DNA of 64,000 bases from Gammaproteobacteria bacterium. Lineage in GTDB: Bacteria > Pseudomonadota > Gammaproteobacteria > Steroidobacterales > PWYM01. Numbering within the stretch: position 1 is the stretch's first letter; each line of letters begins with the position of its first letter. Below the pieces are notes generated by a model. It worked only from the letters and a program-made list of their open reading frames with translations, searched no databases and had not been told where the DNA came from. Both the position numbers and the translations under genes were made by a program. The DNA is taken from positions 1,518 to 65,517 of the forward strand of contig PWZL01000048.1 of the NCBI GenBank assembly GCA_003567475.1. The letters are read 5' to 3'. Positions 47,393-59,274 of this stretch are shown here, in pieces.

Positions 47393-49051
47393 ATGGACGT
47401 TGAACGCGAGGCTATGGAATTCGATGTCGTGATCGTGGGAGGCGGTCCGGCCGGTCTGGCTGCGGCCATCCGTCTGCGGCAATTGTGCGCCGAGCACGGT
47501 CAGGATCTCAGTGTCGCACTGGTGGAAAAGGGCTCCGAAATCGGTGCTCACATTTTATCTGGCGCGGTGTTCGAGCCCCGCGCGCTCGATGAGCTGATGC
47601 CTGACTGGCGCGAGCGCGGCGCCCCGGTGACCACCGCGGTCACCGGTGATGTGTTCCACTGGCTGCGCAGTGACAGCAAGGCCATGCGGGTGCCCAACCT
47701 GTTCGTGCCTGCGCCCATGCACAATGAGGGCAACTACATCATCAGCCTGGGCCGACTCTGCAAATGGCTGGGTGAGCAGGCGGAAGCCATGGAGGTCAAC
47801 GTTTTCCCCGGTTTTCCCGCGGCGGACCTCATTTTCGGCGAGGACGGCGAAGTCTGCGGTGTGATCACGGGCGACATGGGTGTCGGCCGCGACGGCGAAC
47901 CCAAGGAAGCCTTCGAGCCCGGCTACGAGCTGCGCGCCCGCTACACGATTTTCGCCGAAGGCTGCCATGGCCACCTCGGCAAGCGACTGATGCAGACCTT
48001 TGCCCTGCGCGAGGGCGTGGATCCACAGCACTATGGGCTGGGGTTCAAGGAAGTCTGGGAAATCAGCCCCGACAAACATCGCCCGGGAGAGGTCGTACAT
48101 ACACTCGGCTGGCCACTGGACGGACATACCGAGGGTGGCGGGTTTCTCTACCACGCCGAGGACAACCTGGTGTATCTCGGGATGGTGATCGCGCTGAACT
48201 ACCGCAACCCGCACCTCAGCCTGTTCGACGAGTTCCAGCGCTGGAAGACTCATCCGGTCATCCGCGAACTGCTGGATGGCGGCAAGCGCGTGAGCTACGG
48301 TGCCCGCGCCCTGAACAAGGGCGGACTCCAGTCCCTGCCAAAACTGAGCTTCCCCGGCGGTCTGCTGATCGGTTGTGATGCAGGCTTTCTCAACGGGGCC
48401 AAGATCAAGGGTTCGCACACGGCGATCAAGAGCGGCACGCTGGCGGCCGAGTCCGTTTATGCGGCGCTCACCGAGGGCGACGAGGCCGGGCGCGATCTCA
48501 CCGACTACGGTGAGCGGGTTCGCGGCTCATGGTTATGGGATGAGCTGCATCGTGGGCGTAATTTCAGTCCCGCACTGCATCGCTTCGGCACCCTGATCGG
48601 CTCGGCTTTCGTGTATCTCGACCAGAACATCTTCCGTGGCCGGATGCCCTTCACCCTGCACAACCGCGACGCCGACCACGCCTCGCTGTTGCCGGCGGAC
48701 AAAGCGTCAAAGCCTGACTATCCGAAACCTGACGGCAAGCTCACCTTCGACAAACTCTCTTCGGTATTTCTCTCATCGACCAATCACGAGGAAGACCAGC
48801 CCTGCCACCTGGTGCTCAAAGACCCCGCGCTGCCGATCGCGAAAAACCTGCCGATGTACGACGAACCGGCGCAGCGGTACTGCCCCGCGGGCGTCTACGA
48901 GGTGGTGGCCGGCGACGATGGCGAGCCGCGCTTCCAGATCAATGCCCAGAACTGCGTCCACTGCAAGACCTGCGACATCAAAGATCCGCAGCAGAACATC
49001 AACTGGGTCACGCCGGAGGGCGGTGGCGGGCCGAACTACTCGGGCATGTGA
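47393..49051 (+). CDS. Electron-transfer flavoprotein:ubiquinone oxidoreductase (ETF-QO)
   Basis: The FAD motif is [19 protein letters not shown]. The C-terminal 4Fe-4S region reads YCPAGVYE...[17 protein letters not shown]...[13 protein letters not shown]. The ATG at 47393 is preceded by GGGGG. The track start at 47360 is less likely. Confidence 0.9.
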   Translation: MDVEREAMEFDVVIVGGGPAGLAAAIRLRQLCAEHGQDLSVALVEKGSEIGAHILSGAVFEPRALDELMPDWRERGAPVTTAVTGDVFHWLRSDSKAMRVPNLFVPAPMHNEGNYIISLGRLCKWLGEQAEAMEVNVFPGFPAADLIFGEDGEVCGVITGDMGVGRDGEPKEAFEPGYELRARYTIFAEGCHGHLGKRLMQTFALREGVDPQHYGLGFKEVWEISPDKHRPGEVVHTLGWPLDGHTEGGGFLYHAEDNLVYLGMVIALNYRNPHLSLFDEFQRWKTHPVIRELLDGGKRVSYGARALNKGGLQSLPKLSFPGGLLIGCDAGFLNGAKIKGSHTAIKSGTLAAESVYAALTEGDEAGRDLTDYGERVRGSWLWDELHRGRNFSPALHRFGTLIGSAFVYLDQNIFRGRMPFTLHNRDADHASLLPADKASKPDYPKPDGKLTFDKLSSVFLSSTNHEEDQPCHLVLKDPALPIAKNLPMYDEPAQRYCPAGVYEVVAGDDGEPRFQINAQNCVHCKTCDIKDPQQNINWVTPEGGGGPNYSGM

Positions 49052-49057
49052 GCGCCT

Positions 49058-49091
49058 GCGGCGGGGCGGGCACTGAGGCCCGGCCCGCCGC
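49058..49091. terminator. GC-rich hairpin between convergent genes (possible bidirectional terminator)
   Basis: GCGGCGGGGCGGGC-actgag-GCCCGGCCCGCCGC is a 14-bp stem with one mismatch and no flanking T or A run. It lies between the ETF-QO and thiolase stops. Confidence 0.45.
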
Positions 49092-49099
49092 GGTGCCCC

Positions 49100-50290
49100 T
49101 CATCCGGACGCCGGAATCTCAACCGCCAGCGCAGTGGCCTCGCCTCCGCCGATGCACAGGGCGGCCACGCCACGCGACAGTCCCCGCGCCCGCAACGCGT
49201 GGACCAGAGTCACGATCAGCCGTGCACCGGTGGCCCCGATGGGATGCCCCAGGGCACAGGCGCCGCCGTTCACGTTGACGCGCTCAGCAGCCAGTGACAG
49301 GTCTTGCATGGCGGCCATGGTGACGCAGGCAAAGGCCTCGTTGATCTCGTAGAGGTCGACGTCATCCGCAGCCCATCCGGTCTGTTCGAGCAGTTTGCCA
49401 ATGGCGCCCGCCGGTGCAGTGGTGAACCACTCGGGGGCCTGAGCATGGCTGGCGTGCCCCACGATCCGTGCGAGGGGGGCGAGGCCGCGGCGGCTGGCTT
49501 CGGCAGCCGACATGATGAGCAGCGCGGCCGCGCCATCGGAGATGCTCGATGAGGACGCGGCGGTCACGGTGCCGTCGCGACGGAAGGCCGGCCGCAAGGC
49601 TGGGATCTTGTCGAGCGCGCAGTTGAACGGTTCTTCGTCCTCGCTCACGGTGACTTCGCTGCGCCGAGTGGTGACCGTGACCGGCACGATCTCCGTGGCG
49701 AACGCGCCGCTCTCGACCGCGTGGAGGGCCCGCTCGACCGAGCGGCGGGCGAACTCGTCCTGCTGCTCGCGCGTGAAGCCGTAGCGGGCCACGGTCTCCT
49801 CGGCGAAATGGCCCATCATGTTGCCGTCGTAAGGGTTTTGAAGCCCATCGAAGAACATGTGATCCAGCAGCTGGGCGTGGCCCATACGCAGGCCGAAGCG
49901 CGCTTTGGGCAGGAGGTACGGCGCACCGGACATCGACTCCATGCCGCCTGCAAGCACCACCTGGGCGCTGCCGGCGCGGATCAGGTCATGGCCGAGCATC
50001 ACGGCTTTCATGCCCGAACCGCAGACTTTGTTCAGGGTGGTCGCGCCGACGGCCACGGGCAGCTCGGCGGCGAGCATCGCCTGGCGGGCCGGCGCCTGGC
50101 CGACTCCGGCGGGCAAGACACAGCCCATCAGGACCTCGCTGAGGTCCTCGCCCGGGACGCCGGCAGCTTCCACGCAGGCCCGCATCACCGTCGCACCGAG
50201 CTGGGGGACCGCAGCATCCTTGAGATTGCCGCCGAAGCCGCCGATCGCGGTCCGTTTGGCGGCGACGATGACGATCGAGGCGTCGCTCAT
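49100..50290 (-). CDS. Acetyl-CoA C-acetyltransferase (thiolase II)
   Basis: IVIVAAKRTAIGGFGG...LNKVCGSGMKAV...NVNGGACALGHPIGATGARL...LCIGGGEATALAVE is canonical thiolase. The ATG at 50290 has GGGAG at suitable spacing. The track start GTG at 50299 is an alternative. Confidence 0.9.
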   Translation of the reverse strand: MSDASIVIVAAKRTAIGGFGGNLKDAAVPQLGATVMRACVEAAGVPGEDLSEVLMGCVLPAGVGQAPARQAMLAAELPVAVGATTLNKVCGSGMKAVMLGHDLIRAGSAQVVLAGGMESMSGAPYLLPKARFGLRMGHAQLLDHMFFDGLQNPYDGNMMGHFAEETVARYGFTREQQDEFARRSVERALHAVESGAFATEIVPVTVTTRRSEVTVSEDEEPFNCALDKIPALRPAFRRDGTVTAASSSSISDGAAALLIMSAAEASRRGLAPLARIVGHASHAQAPEWFTTAPAGAIGKLLEQTGWAADDVDLYEINEAFACVTMAAMQDLSLAAERVNVNGGACALGHPIGATGARLIVTLVHALRARGLSRGVAALCIGGGEATALAVEIPASG

Positions 50291-50392
50291 AGTGATCACT
50301 CCCGTCTTATTTTGTTGTCATCCCGGTGGGATGTTGCAATGCACAACAGAGTCTAGCGGGCTGGCCGGGCGTTGTCACTCGAGGGCACGGGT

Positions 50393-51139
50393 TCAGGCAT
50401 CAGTGGCGTGCCGGAGATCGGGCTCATCAAGGTGAACCAGGATGCGCTGACGGGCGGCCTCGAGCAGCGCCCGCGCGTCGAATTCGCCCAGTGCGCCGGG
50501 CTGAATCGGCGGTTCGACGCGCACATGCAGTCGCCCGGGCCGCGGCAGCAGGCGGCCCGCAGGCAGCATCTGTCTCGCGCCCGAGATGATGACCGGGACC
50601 ACGGGTAGGCCGGCACGGCTGGCTGCGGTGAAGGCCCCGAGCTTGAACGGGCGCAGTCCCGCTTGGGGGCCGAACGTGCCTTCCGGGAAGAACGCCAAGG
50701 CCTCGCCGCTGGCGGCGAGGCGCACCAGTCGCCGGGCATCGCGGAGCTTGCCCTGAGTGCTGAAGCGGTCGACGAACTGCGAGCCGATGCGCCGCAGCAG
50801 CAGGTGCACCAGCGGTATGCGGGTGACTTCGCGCTTGATCACGAAGGCGAAGTCCGGGGGTAAGGCACCCTGGAGGATGATGCCGTCCAGATAGCTGGCA
50901 TGGTTGGCGACCACGATTGCCCGACCGCGCGGCATGTGTTGCTCGCCGTCGACCGTCAGGCGCGCCCCGATCAGCCAGAAGATCAGCCGCGCCCCCGCGC
51001 GTGCCAGGGCCCGGCGTCGGCGCAGCCCGGGCGTCACCGCCAGAATCGGCAAGGTCAGGGCTGTGACGATGACCCCGGCGGCCACGGCATAACAGCCAAA
51101 CGCCGCACGTAACGGTCTCGTGAGGATTGCGCGCCTCAT
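50393..51139 (-). CDS. Lysophospholipid (1-acyl-sn-glycerol-3-phosphate) acyltransferase family protein
   Basis: 248 aa. An N-terminal TM segment is followed by the acyltransferase motif I VANHASYLDG and motif III FFPEGTF. Confidence 0.8.
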   Translation of the reverse strand: MRRAILTRPLRAAFGCYAVAAGVIVTALTLPILAVTPGLRRRRALARAGARLIFWLIGARLTVDGEQHMPRGRAIVVANHASYLDGIILQGALPPDFAFVIKREVTRIPLVHLLLRRIGSQFVDRFSTQGKLRDARRLVRLAASGEALAFFPEGTFGPQAGLRPFKLGAFTAASRAGLPVVPVIISGARQMLPAGRLLPRPGRLHVRVEPPIQPGALGEFDARALLEAARQRILVHLDEPDLRHATDA

Positions 51140-51374
51140 CGAATTATGTAAAAAAATACCGCGTGGGCCATGAGGGTGCTGCGCGCCGCCGTGTGAACTG
51201 TTTCTCGTTATGTAATGCCATGAGGGTATCTGTGACCGTCGTCACGCCGGTGCCCGCGGCGCCCTGCGCATACTCCGTCATCGTTTCCGCGAGCTTGCCG
51301 CCACGGTCGCCGCGTCCGGGAGTATACCGCCCGGTCACGGCCCTTGGGGTTCGGCCCAGATCATAGAGTCCCGG

Positions 51375-52310
51375 ATGTCCCAGAACGCCTTGCACGCCAG
51401 TCAGGACAGTGACGCCAAGGCCGCGGCCCAGGCGCTCATAGAGCGTTTTCTGGACGCGATCTGGATGGAGCGTGGGTTGTCGGAGAACACCCTCGGCGCC
51501 TATCGGGCGGATCTCAATGCCCTGTCGCGCAGGCTTTCGCAGCGCGGAGTCACGCTGGTCGCCGCCTCCCGCGCCGACCTGCTGGACTACATCGCCTGGC
51601 GTGTCGAGGAGGGCGCGAAACCGCGCTCCACCGCCCGCCAGCTCTCCAGCTTCCGGCGTTTCTTTCGCTATCTTGTCCGCGAAGGCGTGATCCGCGAGGA
51701 CCCCACCGCCCGGATCGCCATGCCCAAGGTCGGCCGCGCCCTGCCGCAGTCGCTGACGGAAAAGGAGGTGGTCTCGCTGCTGTCCGCGCCGGTCGTCACT
51801 GACCCGCTCGGCCACCGCGACCGGACCATGCTGGAGGTGCTGTACGCCACGGGTCTGCGGGTCTCGGAGTTGATCAGCCTGCGCATCTCCCAGATCAACC
51901 TCAACCAGGGGGTTTTGCGGGTCATCGGCAAGGGCGACCGCGAACGCCTGATTCCGCTGGGTGATGAGGCCCAGACCTGGATCCGTGAGTTCGTGAACGG
52001 CGCGCGCATGGAAATACTGCTCGAGCGCCAGACCGACTATCTGTTCCCGACGCGACGCGGTGACTGCATGACCCGCCAGGCATTCTGGCACATCATCAAG
52101 CGCTATGCCGCCAAGGCGGGTATCGAGAAAAAGCTGTCGCCGCATACCCTTCGCCATGCCTTCGCGACGCATCTGCTGAATCACGGGGCGGACCTGCGTG
52201 TGGTCCAGCTGTTGCTGGGTCACAGCGATCTGTCGACCACGCAGATCTACACGCACGTCGCGCGCGAGCGCATGAAGGAACTGCACGGTCGGCATCACCC
52301 TCGCGGCTGA
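51375..52310 (+). CDS. xerD: Site-specific tyrosine recombinase XerD
   Basis: 311 aa. LIERFLDAIWMERGLSENTLGAYRADL... and the C-terminal HTLRHAFATHLLNHGADLRVVQLLLGHSDLSTTQIYTHV contain the R-H-R-Y catalytic residues. It is followed by dsbC, as in many gammaproteobacteria. Confidence 0.9.
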   Translation: MSQNALHASQDSDAKAAAQALIERFLDAIWMERGLSENTLGAYRADLNALSRRLSQRGVTLVAASRADLLDYIAWRVEEGAKPRSTARQLSSFRRFFRYLVREGVIREDPTARIAMPKVGRALPQSLTEKEVVSLLSAPVVTDPLGHRDRTMLEVLYATGLRVSELISLRISQINLNQGVLRVIGKGDRERLIPLGDEAQTWIREFVNGARMEILLERQTDYLFPTRRGDCMTRQAFWHIIKRYAAKAGIEKKLSPHTLRHAFATHLLNHGADLRVVQLLLGHSDLSTTQIYTHVARERMKELHGRHHPRG

Positions 52311-52401
52311 CCGCCTGGGTTAAACTCTGACGGAACGCGCCGTGCGCTGCACGGTCGGATCAGCAGACCGTTCGCCGGCTATCGTCAAGGACCCCTCTGT
52401 A

Positions 52402-53139
52402 ATGCGCACCATTCGTTGTCTGAGTTTCGTCGTCGCCGGCCTTGGACTGCTGTCCAGTATGGCGCTGGCCGATGCTGGCCTGACGCCTGAGGAGCTTGCG
52501 GCGCTGTTCCCCGGGATCGAGGCTGAACATGTCACCGACTCGCCGTTGCCTGGCGTCTACGAGATCACCGTAGGGGCCTCGGTGGCGTATGTGAGTCGCG
52601 ATGGCCGCTACCTGCTGCGGGGTGAGCTGATCGATCTTGAGACCGAGACCAATCTCACCGCCGAACGCCAGAATGCCGCGAGGGCCGCCGTGCTCGCCGC
52701 GGTCGATGAAGCCACCATGGTGATATTCGCGCCCGACACCCCAACCCATACGGTCACCGTCTTCACCGATATCGACTGCGGTTACTGCCGGCGCATGCAC
52801 CGCGAAATCGAGCAGCTCAATGCGCTGGGCATCAGCGTGCGTTACCTGTTCTACCCCCGCTCCGGGCCGGAGACCGAGGCTTGGCGGAAGGCGAACAATG
52901 TCTGGTGTGCGGGTGACCGACTCGAGGCCATGACAGCGGCCAAGAACGGTGAACCGGTGCCGTCGCGTAACTGCGGTACCACGCCGGTGGAGGCGCATTA
53001 CGCGCTCGGCGGACAGATCGGGTTGCAGGGCACGCCGGCCATCTATACGGAAACCGGTGAACTGGTGGGCGGCTACCTCCCTCCGGAGGCGCTGGCCGCC
53101 CGGCTGCGCGCCACGGCTGCCCGCCGCGCCGGGCGCTGA
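52402..53139 (+). CDS. dsbC: Thiol:disulfide interchange protein DsbC
   Basis: ATG at 52402. The signal peptide is MRTIRCLSFVVAGLGLLSSMALA. A dimerisation domain is followed by the thioredoxin fold with FTDIDCGYCRRMH (the CGYC active site). Confidence 0.85.
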   Translation: MRTIRCLSFVVAGLGLLSSMALADAGLTPEELAALFPGIEAEHVTDSPLPGVYEITVGASVAYVSRDGRYLLRGELIDLETETNLTAERQNAARAAVLAAVDEATMVIFAPDTPTHTVTVFTDIDCGYCRRMHREIEQLNALGISVRYLFYPRSGPETEAWRKANNVWCAGDRLEAMTAAKNGEPVPSRNCGTTPVEAHYALGGQIGLQGTPAIYTETGELVGGYLPPEALAARLRATAARRAGR

Positions 53140-53146
53140 GCCCGGT

Positions 53147-54001
53147 ATGGGGCTGCGCACGCTGCTCGAGGGGCCGGGGATCCTGCAGGCGCCAGGCGTC
53201 TACGACGGGCTCTCGGCGCTGCTGGTCGAACGCGCTGGCTTCCCGGTGATGTTTCTCTCCGGTGCGGGTCTGGCCTACACGCGCTTCGGTCGGCCGGATC
53301 TTGGTCTGGTGACGATGTCCGAACTCGTCGAGACGGTCGCGGTGATCAGCGAACGGGTCAGCCTGCCGATGATTGTCGATGGCGATACGGGCTTCGGTAA
53401 CGCCCTCAATCTCAAGCGCACGGTGCAGCGTCTGGAGCAGGCAGGTGCGGCGGCGATCCAGTTCGAGGATCAGCTCGCGCCGAAGCGTTGCGGTCACATG
53501 CAGGGCAAGCAGGTGGTGGCCACGGCCGAGATGCTGGGACGGGTCCGTGCCGCACTCGACGCGCGCCGCAGCGAGGCCACTTTGGTGATCGCGCGCACCG
53601 ATGCGCTGGCCCTGGAGGGCCTCGAGGCTGCGCTCGATCGGGCCGAGGCCTATCTGGAGGCCGGCGCGGACCTGCTGTTTATCGAGGGCCCGAAAACGCT
53701 TGCGGAGATGCAGCACATCGCGCAGCGCTTTGCCAGCCGCGTGCCCCTGGTGCACAACCTTGTAGAGGGCGGCGGCTCACCGCTGCGGGATGCGCCCGCG
53801 CTGGAGACGCTGGGCTTCCGCGTGGCCCTGCATCCGTCCATGCTGGTGCACCTGTTTACCCGCCAGGCACCCCGATTTCTTGCACGGCTCGCCGCCGAAG
53901 GCGGCACCGATGGTTTTGTCGACGAGTTGCTCGACCTGCAGCAGATCAATGCCGTGCTTGGGGCCGATGCGCTGCTGGGCGACGCGGCCCGCTACGCCTG
54001 A
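53147..54001 (+). CDS. Isocitrate lyase / PEP mutase superfamily enzyme (methylisocitrate-lyase / carboxyvinyl-carboxyphosphonate phosphorylmutase-like)
   Basis: ATG at 53147. APGVYDGLSALLVERAGFPVMFLSGAG...MIVDGDTGFGNALN...AAAIQFEDQLAPKRCGHMQGKQVV matches the family signature (the KRCGH loop). The exact reaction is not determinable from sequence. Confidence 0.8.
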   Translation: MGLRTLLEGPGILQAPGVYDGLSALLVERAGFPVMFLSGAGLAYTRFGRPDLGLVTMSELVETVAVISERVSLPMIVDGDTGFGNALNLKRTVQRLEQAGAAAIQFEDQLAPKRCGHMQGKQVVATAEMLGRVRAALDARRSEATLVIARTDALALEGLEAALDRAEAYLEAGADLLFIEGPKTLAEMQHIAQRFASRVPLVHNLVEGGGSPLRDAPALETLGFRVALHPSMLVHLFTRQAPRFLARLAAEGGTDGFVDELLDLQQINAVLGADALLGDAARYA

Positions 54002-54011
54002 GACCGCTCCG

Positions 54012-54335
54012 CTAGCGTTCCAGCAGATCGAGCTTGCCGGTCTTGTCCTTCCAGTCGTCAGCGTCGGCCGGCGGATCCTTGGCTTCGGTAATCACCGGCC
54101 AGTCCTTGGCAAGTTCGGCGTTGAGTTCGAGGAAGTGTTCCTGACCATCCGGCACCTCGTCTTCCGAGTAGATGGCATCCACCGGGCATTCCGGTTCACA
54201 GAGCGTGCAGTCGATGCATTCTTCAGGATCGATGACCAGGAAATTCGGACCCTCATGAAAACAGTCGACCGGGCAGACCTCGACGCAGTCGGTGTACTTG
54301 CACTTGATGCAGCTCTCGGTGACGACAAATGTCAT
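54012..54335 (-). CDS. fdxA: 7Fe ferredoxin (FdxA type)
   Basis: 107 aa. [29 protein letters not shown]...[16 protein letters not shown] is the classic 3Fe-4S/4Fe-4S FdxA sequence. Confidence 0.9.
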   Translation of the reverse strand: MTFVVTESCIKCKYTDCVEVCPVDCFHEGPNFLVIDPEECIDCTLCEPECPVDAIYSEDEVPDGQEHFLELNAELAKDWPVITEAKDPPADADDWKDKTGKLDLLER

Positions 54336-54441
54336 TGCTTGCTCCGCGGAATGGTCTGTCGAAAGGGTGGCCGGGGCGGCTGATGCGCGCGCCCGGCGCG
54401 CCGGATTCTAGCACAGCGTGACTGCCTGCCAGGGGCGAGCG

Positions 54442-54990
54442 TCAGCGGACTTTCACCCGCGGGGCCTCGGTGATATGCAGCCGTCGAGTCCCCTCGGCCC
54501 GATCACGGAAGAAACGCTCGAGACTGAAACGCACGCTGGCAAACGCGATCTCCTGCCAGGGGATTTCGTGTTCATGAAACAGACCGACCTCAAGACTCTC
54601 GTCGCCCGCTGCATAGTCCTCGTTCAGCATCGCGGCACGGAACATGATGTGCACCTGCTCGGCGTGCACGACATTGACCACGGCGAACATGTCCTGCACC
54701 TCGACCTGTGCGCAGGCTTCCTCCAGGGTTTCCCGCGCCGCCGCCTGCTCCAGGGTCTCGCCGATTTCCATGAAACCCGCCGGGGTGGTCCAGTAGCCGA
54801 GCCGCGGCTCGATGGCGCGTCGGCACAGCAGGATCCGCTCGCCCCATTCCGGCACGCAGCCGACCACCATGCGCGGATTGACGTAGTGGATGTAGCCACA
54901 GTCGGGGCAGATGTGGCGCGGGCGATTGTCCCCTTCGGGGACCCGGTATTCGACCCGCGCGGAGCCGCATTGGTGGCAGAATTTCATCAA
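54442..54990 (-). CDS. NUDIX hydrolase with an N-terminal zinc ribbon
   Basis: 182 aa. The zinc ribbon is CHQCG...CPDCG. The Nudix box is GFMEIGETLEQAAARETLEEA. Confidence 0.85.
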   Translation of the reverse strand: MMKFCHQCGSARVEYRVPEGDNRPRHICPDCGYIHYVNPRMVVGCVPEWGERILLCRRAIEPRLGYWTTPAGFMEIGETLEQAAARETLEEACAQVEVQDMFAVVNVVHAEQVHIMFRAAMLNEDYAAGDESLEVGLFHEHEIPWQEIAFASVRFSLERFFRDRAEGTRRLHITEAPRVKVR

Positions 54991-55035
54991 CGCATCCTCG
55001 CGGCGTCCGTGGGGCGCCGTCGAGTGTATTCAAGG

Positions 55036-55122
55036 TGGTGCCGGGAGAGGGACTCGAACCCTCACGATGTCTCCACCAACGGATTTTGAGTCCGCCGCGT
55101 CTACCAGTTCCGCCATCCCGGC
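55036..55122 (-). tRNA. tRNA-Leu (anticodon CAA)
   Basis: The minus-strand sequence GCCGGGATGGCGGAACTGGTAGACGCGGCGGACTCAAAATCCGTTGGTGGAGACATCGTGAGGGTTCGAGTCCCTCTCCCGGCACCA folds as a class II tRNA. It has a 7-bp acceptor stem, the anticodon loop CT-CAA-AA, a long variable arm, a GGTTCGAGTCC T-loop and an encoded CCA. Confidence 0.9.
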
Positions 55123-55209
55123 GCGAGGTCGCCATTGTGCCGTCGGCCGGAGCCGCTGCCAACATGGATCGCGACCGGGTACCCTGTAGACTTTGCCAAA
55201 GCGGCTGTC

Positions 55210-55596
55210 ATGACGACCAAACCACGGGGGAAGATCGATCCCCAGGCCCTGGTGCCGATTCTGCTTCCCGTCGCCCGGGCCGGCAGAACCCTCACTTACC
55301 AGGACATCGCGGCGCTGCTGGAACTGGTGCCACCGCTGACCATCCATCGCGTCACCGAGGCCCTGGAGGCCCTGACCCGGGCCGATGCCGAGGCCGGGCG
55401 GCCCCCGCTCGCAGCGGTTGCCGTGTCGCGGACGCGCCCCGGAATACCCGCGGCCGGATTTTTCGAGCTGCTGGGCTGTCTGGGTAGGGTGGATCCGATC
55501 CTCGCGGCGGATGACCCGCAGCGCGCTCATGCAGCGCTGCACCGCGAGGTGGTCGCCGCCGCCCGCGCGGGCATTTTTGACGTGGTGCCGCACTGA
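55210..55596 (+). CDS. Hypothetical protein (possible winged-helix fold)
   Basis: The ATG at 55210 gives 128 aa (MTTKPRGKIDPQALVPILLPVARAGRTLTYQDIAALLEL...). I recognise no confident family. The coding call rests on ORF length, strand context and a plausible amino-acid composition. Confidence 0.45.
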   Translation: MTTKPRGKIDPQALVPILLPVARAGRTLTYQDIAALLELVPPLTIHRVTEALEALTRADAEAGRPPLAAVAVSRTRPGIPAAGFFELLGCLGRVDPILAADDPQRAHAALHREVVAAARAGIFDVVPH

Positions 55597-55615
55597 CATC
55601 CAACGGGAGTTCATC

Positions 55616-56545
55616 ATGATGAAAAGACGGGTCACTGGCTGCCTGATTGGCCTGCTCGGGGCGAGCTGGATGGGCGCCGCGGCCTCCGCGGAGCCGTCGG
55701 GGCCGACGGCCGAGGAGTTCGATGAACAGTTGCAGGCCGCCCGGGAGCGTCTCGATGACGCGGCGCGGGAGGTCGCACGGTTGGCTGCCCAGGCACCCGG
55801 AATGGCAGCCCTGCTGGAGCACTCCATGACGTGGTCCGGACGGACCATGCTCGGGTTGACCCTCGCCACCGCCGAGTCCGCCGAGTCCGCGGAGGCCGCT
55901 GAGGGTGTGCGCGTGGCTGGCGTGACGCCGGGCGGGCCGGCAGCGTTGGCCGGGGTCCGTCCCGACGACGTCATCGTGGCGATCGACGGGGACTCGCTGG
56001 CGGCTGAAGACGGCGTGAGCGGGTCGCGACGCCTGATCGAGTCCATGCGCAGGGTCCAGCCTGGCCAGGCCGTCACGCTGCGGGTGCGCCGGGAAGGCGA
56101 GCTCCAGGACAGGGTGGTGACCGCCCAGTCGGCTGGCGCGGGTGTGCTGGAGTCGCTGCGCGCGGTCCTGCCCCGTGACTGGTCACTGCCGGAAGACTGG
56201 CGGGCGGGGTCACGTCGCTGGTCTGCGGCGGTGCTGGCGGCCAGTGGTCCATGGGGTCAGCTTGAGATGGCACCCATGTCGCCAGGGCTGGGAGAGTATT
56301 TCGGGACGGACCAGGGGCTGCTGGTGCTGCGTGTGCCCGAGGATGCCGGACTGCCATTGCGTGAGGGTGACGTGCTGCTGGCGGTGGGCGGCCGCGAGCC
56401 GAGCAGCCCGGAGCATGCCCTGCGCATTCTCGCCTCTTACGAGCCTGGCGAAACGGTCGAACTCGCGGTGATGCGCCGCAAACAGCGCGAGCTGCTGGAG
56501 TTCAGGTTGCCGGCCCCGGACCCGTCGCCAGACGTGGACAACTGA
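55616..56545 (+). CDS. Periplasmic protein with two PDZ-like domains
   Basis: The ATG at 55616 is preceded by GGGAG. The signal peptide is MMKRRVTGCLIGLLGASWMGAAASA. The PDZ-like segments are GVRVAGVTPGGPAALAGVRPDDVIVAIDGDSL and GLLVLRVPEDAGLPLREGDVLLAVGG. No protease domain is present. Confidence 0.7.
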   Translation: MMKRRVTGCLIGLLGASWMGAAASAEPSGPTAEEFDEQLQAARERLDDAAREVARLAAQAPGMAALLEHSMTWSGRTMLGLTLATAESAESAEAAEGVRVAGVTPGGPAALAGVRPDDVIVAIDGDSLAAEDGVSGSRRLIESMRRVQPGQAVTLRVRREGELQDRVVTAQSAGAGVLESLRAVLPRDWSLPEDWRAGSRRWSAAVLAASGPWGQLEMAPMSPGLGEYFGTDQGLLVLRVPEDAGLPLREGDVLLAVGGREPSSPEHALRILASYEPGETVELAVMRRKQRELLEFRLPAPDPSPDVDN

Positions 56546-56640
56546 TCGCGCCGTCGTGCCGGCGCGCCGTTGGCCGGTGGGCAGTGCGCAGGTAAACTGC
56601 CGGCCCTTGGTGGGCGAACCGCCCTCGATGGCGGTGAGAC

Positions 56641-58817
<2,177 letters not shown>

Positions 58818-58908
58818 TCGCGGGCTTCGGTCTTTTCGATGCCGCCCGGCCCTATCGGCGAGGGGTCATCGAGGGGTCGCGGCATTCGCTGACAATAGGC
58901 AATCGATC

Positions 58909-59235
58909 ATGGATTTCTTCCTCAGTCCTGCCCATGCGGCCGCCGGCGGCGGTGGCGACATGTTCGTGGGTCTTCTTCCGCTGATCATCATCTTTGTGCT
59001 GTTCTACTTCCTGCTCATCCGACCGCAGATGAAGCGACAGAAAGAGCACCGGCAGATGGTGGAGAATCTCTCCACGGATGACGAGATCATCACGGCGGGC
59101 GGTGTGCTCGGACGCATCATCGAGGTGGGCGAGCAGTTTGTGACCGTCGAGGTGGCCGACGGCGTGCAGCTCAAGGTGCAGCGCCACACCATCGGAGCGA
59201 TCATGCCAAAGGGCACTTTTCGCAGCGCCAGCTGA
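58909..59235 (+). CDS. yajC: Preprotein translocase subunit YajC
   Basis: ATG at 58909, 108 aa. LLPLIIIFVLFYFLLIRPQMKRQKEHRQMVENL...GGVLGRI is canonical YajC. Confidence 0.9.
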   Translation: MDFFLSPAHAAAGGGGDMFVGLLPLIIIFVLFYFLLIRPQMKRQKEHRQMVENLSTDDEIITAGGVLGRIIEVGEQFVTVEVADGVQLKVQRHTIGAIMPKGTFRSAS

Positions 59236-59274
59236 TGCGGCCCACCGCGCGGCCGGGCGGATCGTGACGACCCC

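Noticed and set aside
51127-51366. A 79-aa plus-strand ORF filling the plsC-like/xerD spacer.
   Set aside because: It has no SD sequence, an implausible composition (Val/Pro/Ser/Arg-rich tail), and simply spans the intergenic region. The repeat motifs inside it are reported separately as a finding.
51375-52310. Tyrosine recombinase, considered as a marker of an integrated mobile element.
   Set aside because: The sequence and the xerD-dsbC synteny identify it as the housekeeping chromosome-dimer resolvase XerD. There are no flanking repeats, phage genes or transposition genes.
54012-55122. tRNA-Leu(CAA), considered as a genomic-island integration site.
   Set aside because: The genes downstream of its 3' end are conserved housekeeping genes (Nudix, fdxA). 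I saw no integrase and no direct repeat of the tRNA 3' end.
56546-56640. Possible preQ1 riboswitch upstream of queA.
   Set aside because: No preQ1-type conserved core or compact hairpin-plus-A-rich-tail structure is seen. queA-tgt is not a typical preQ1-regulated unit.
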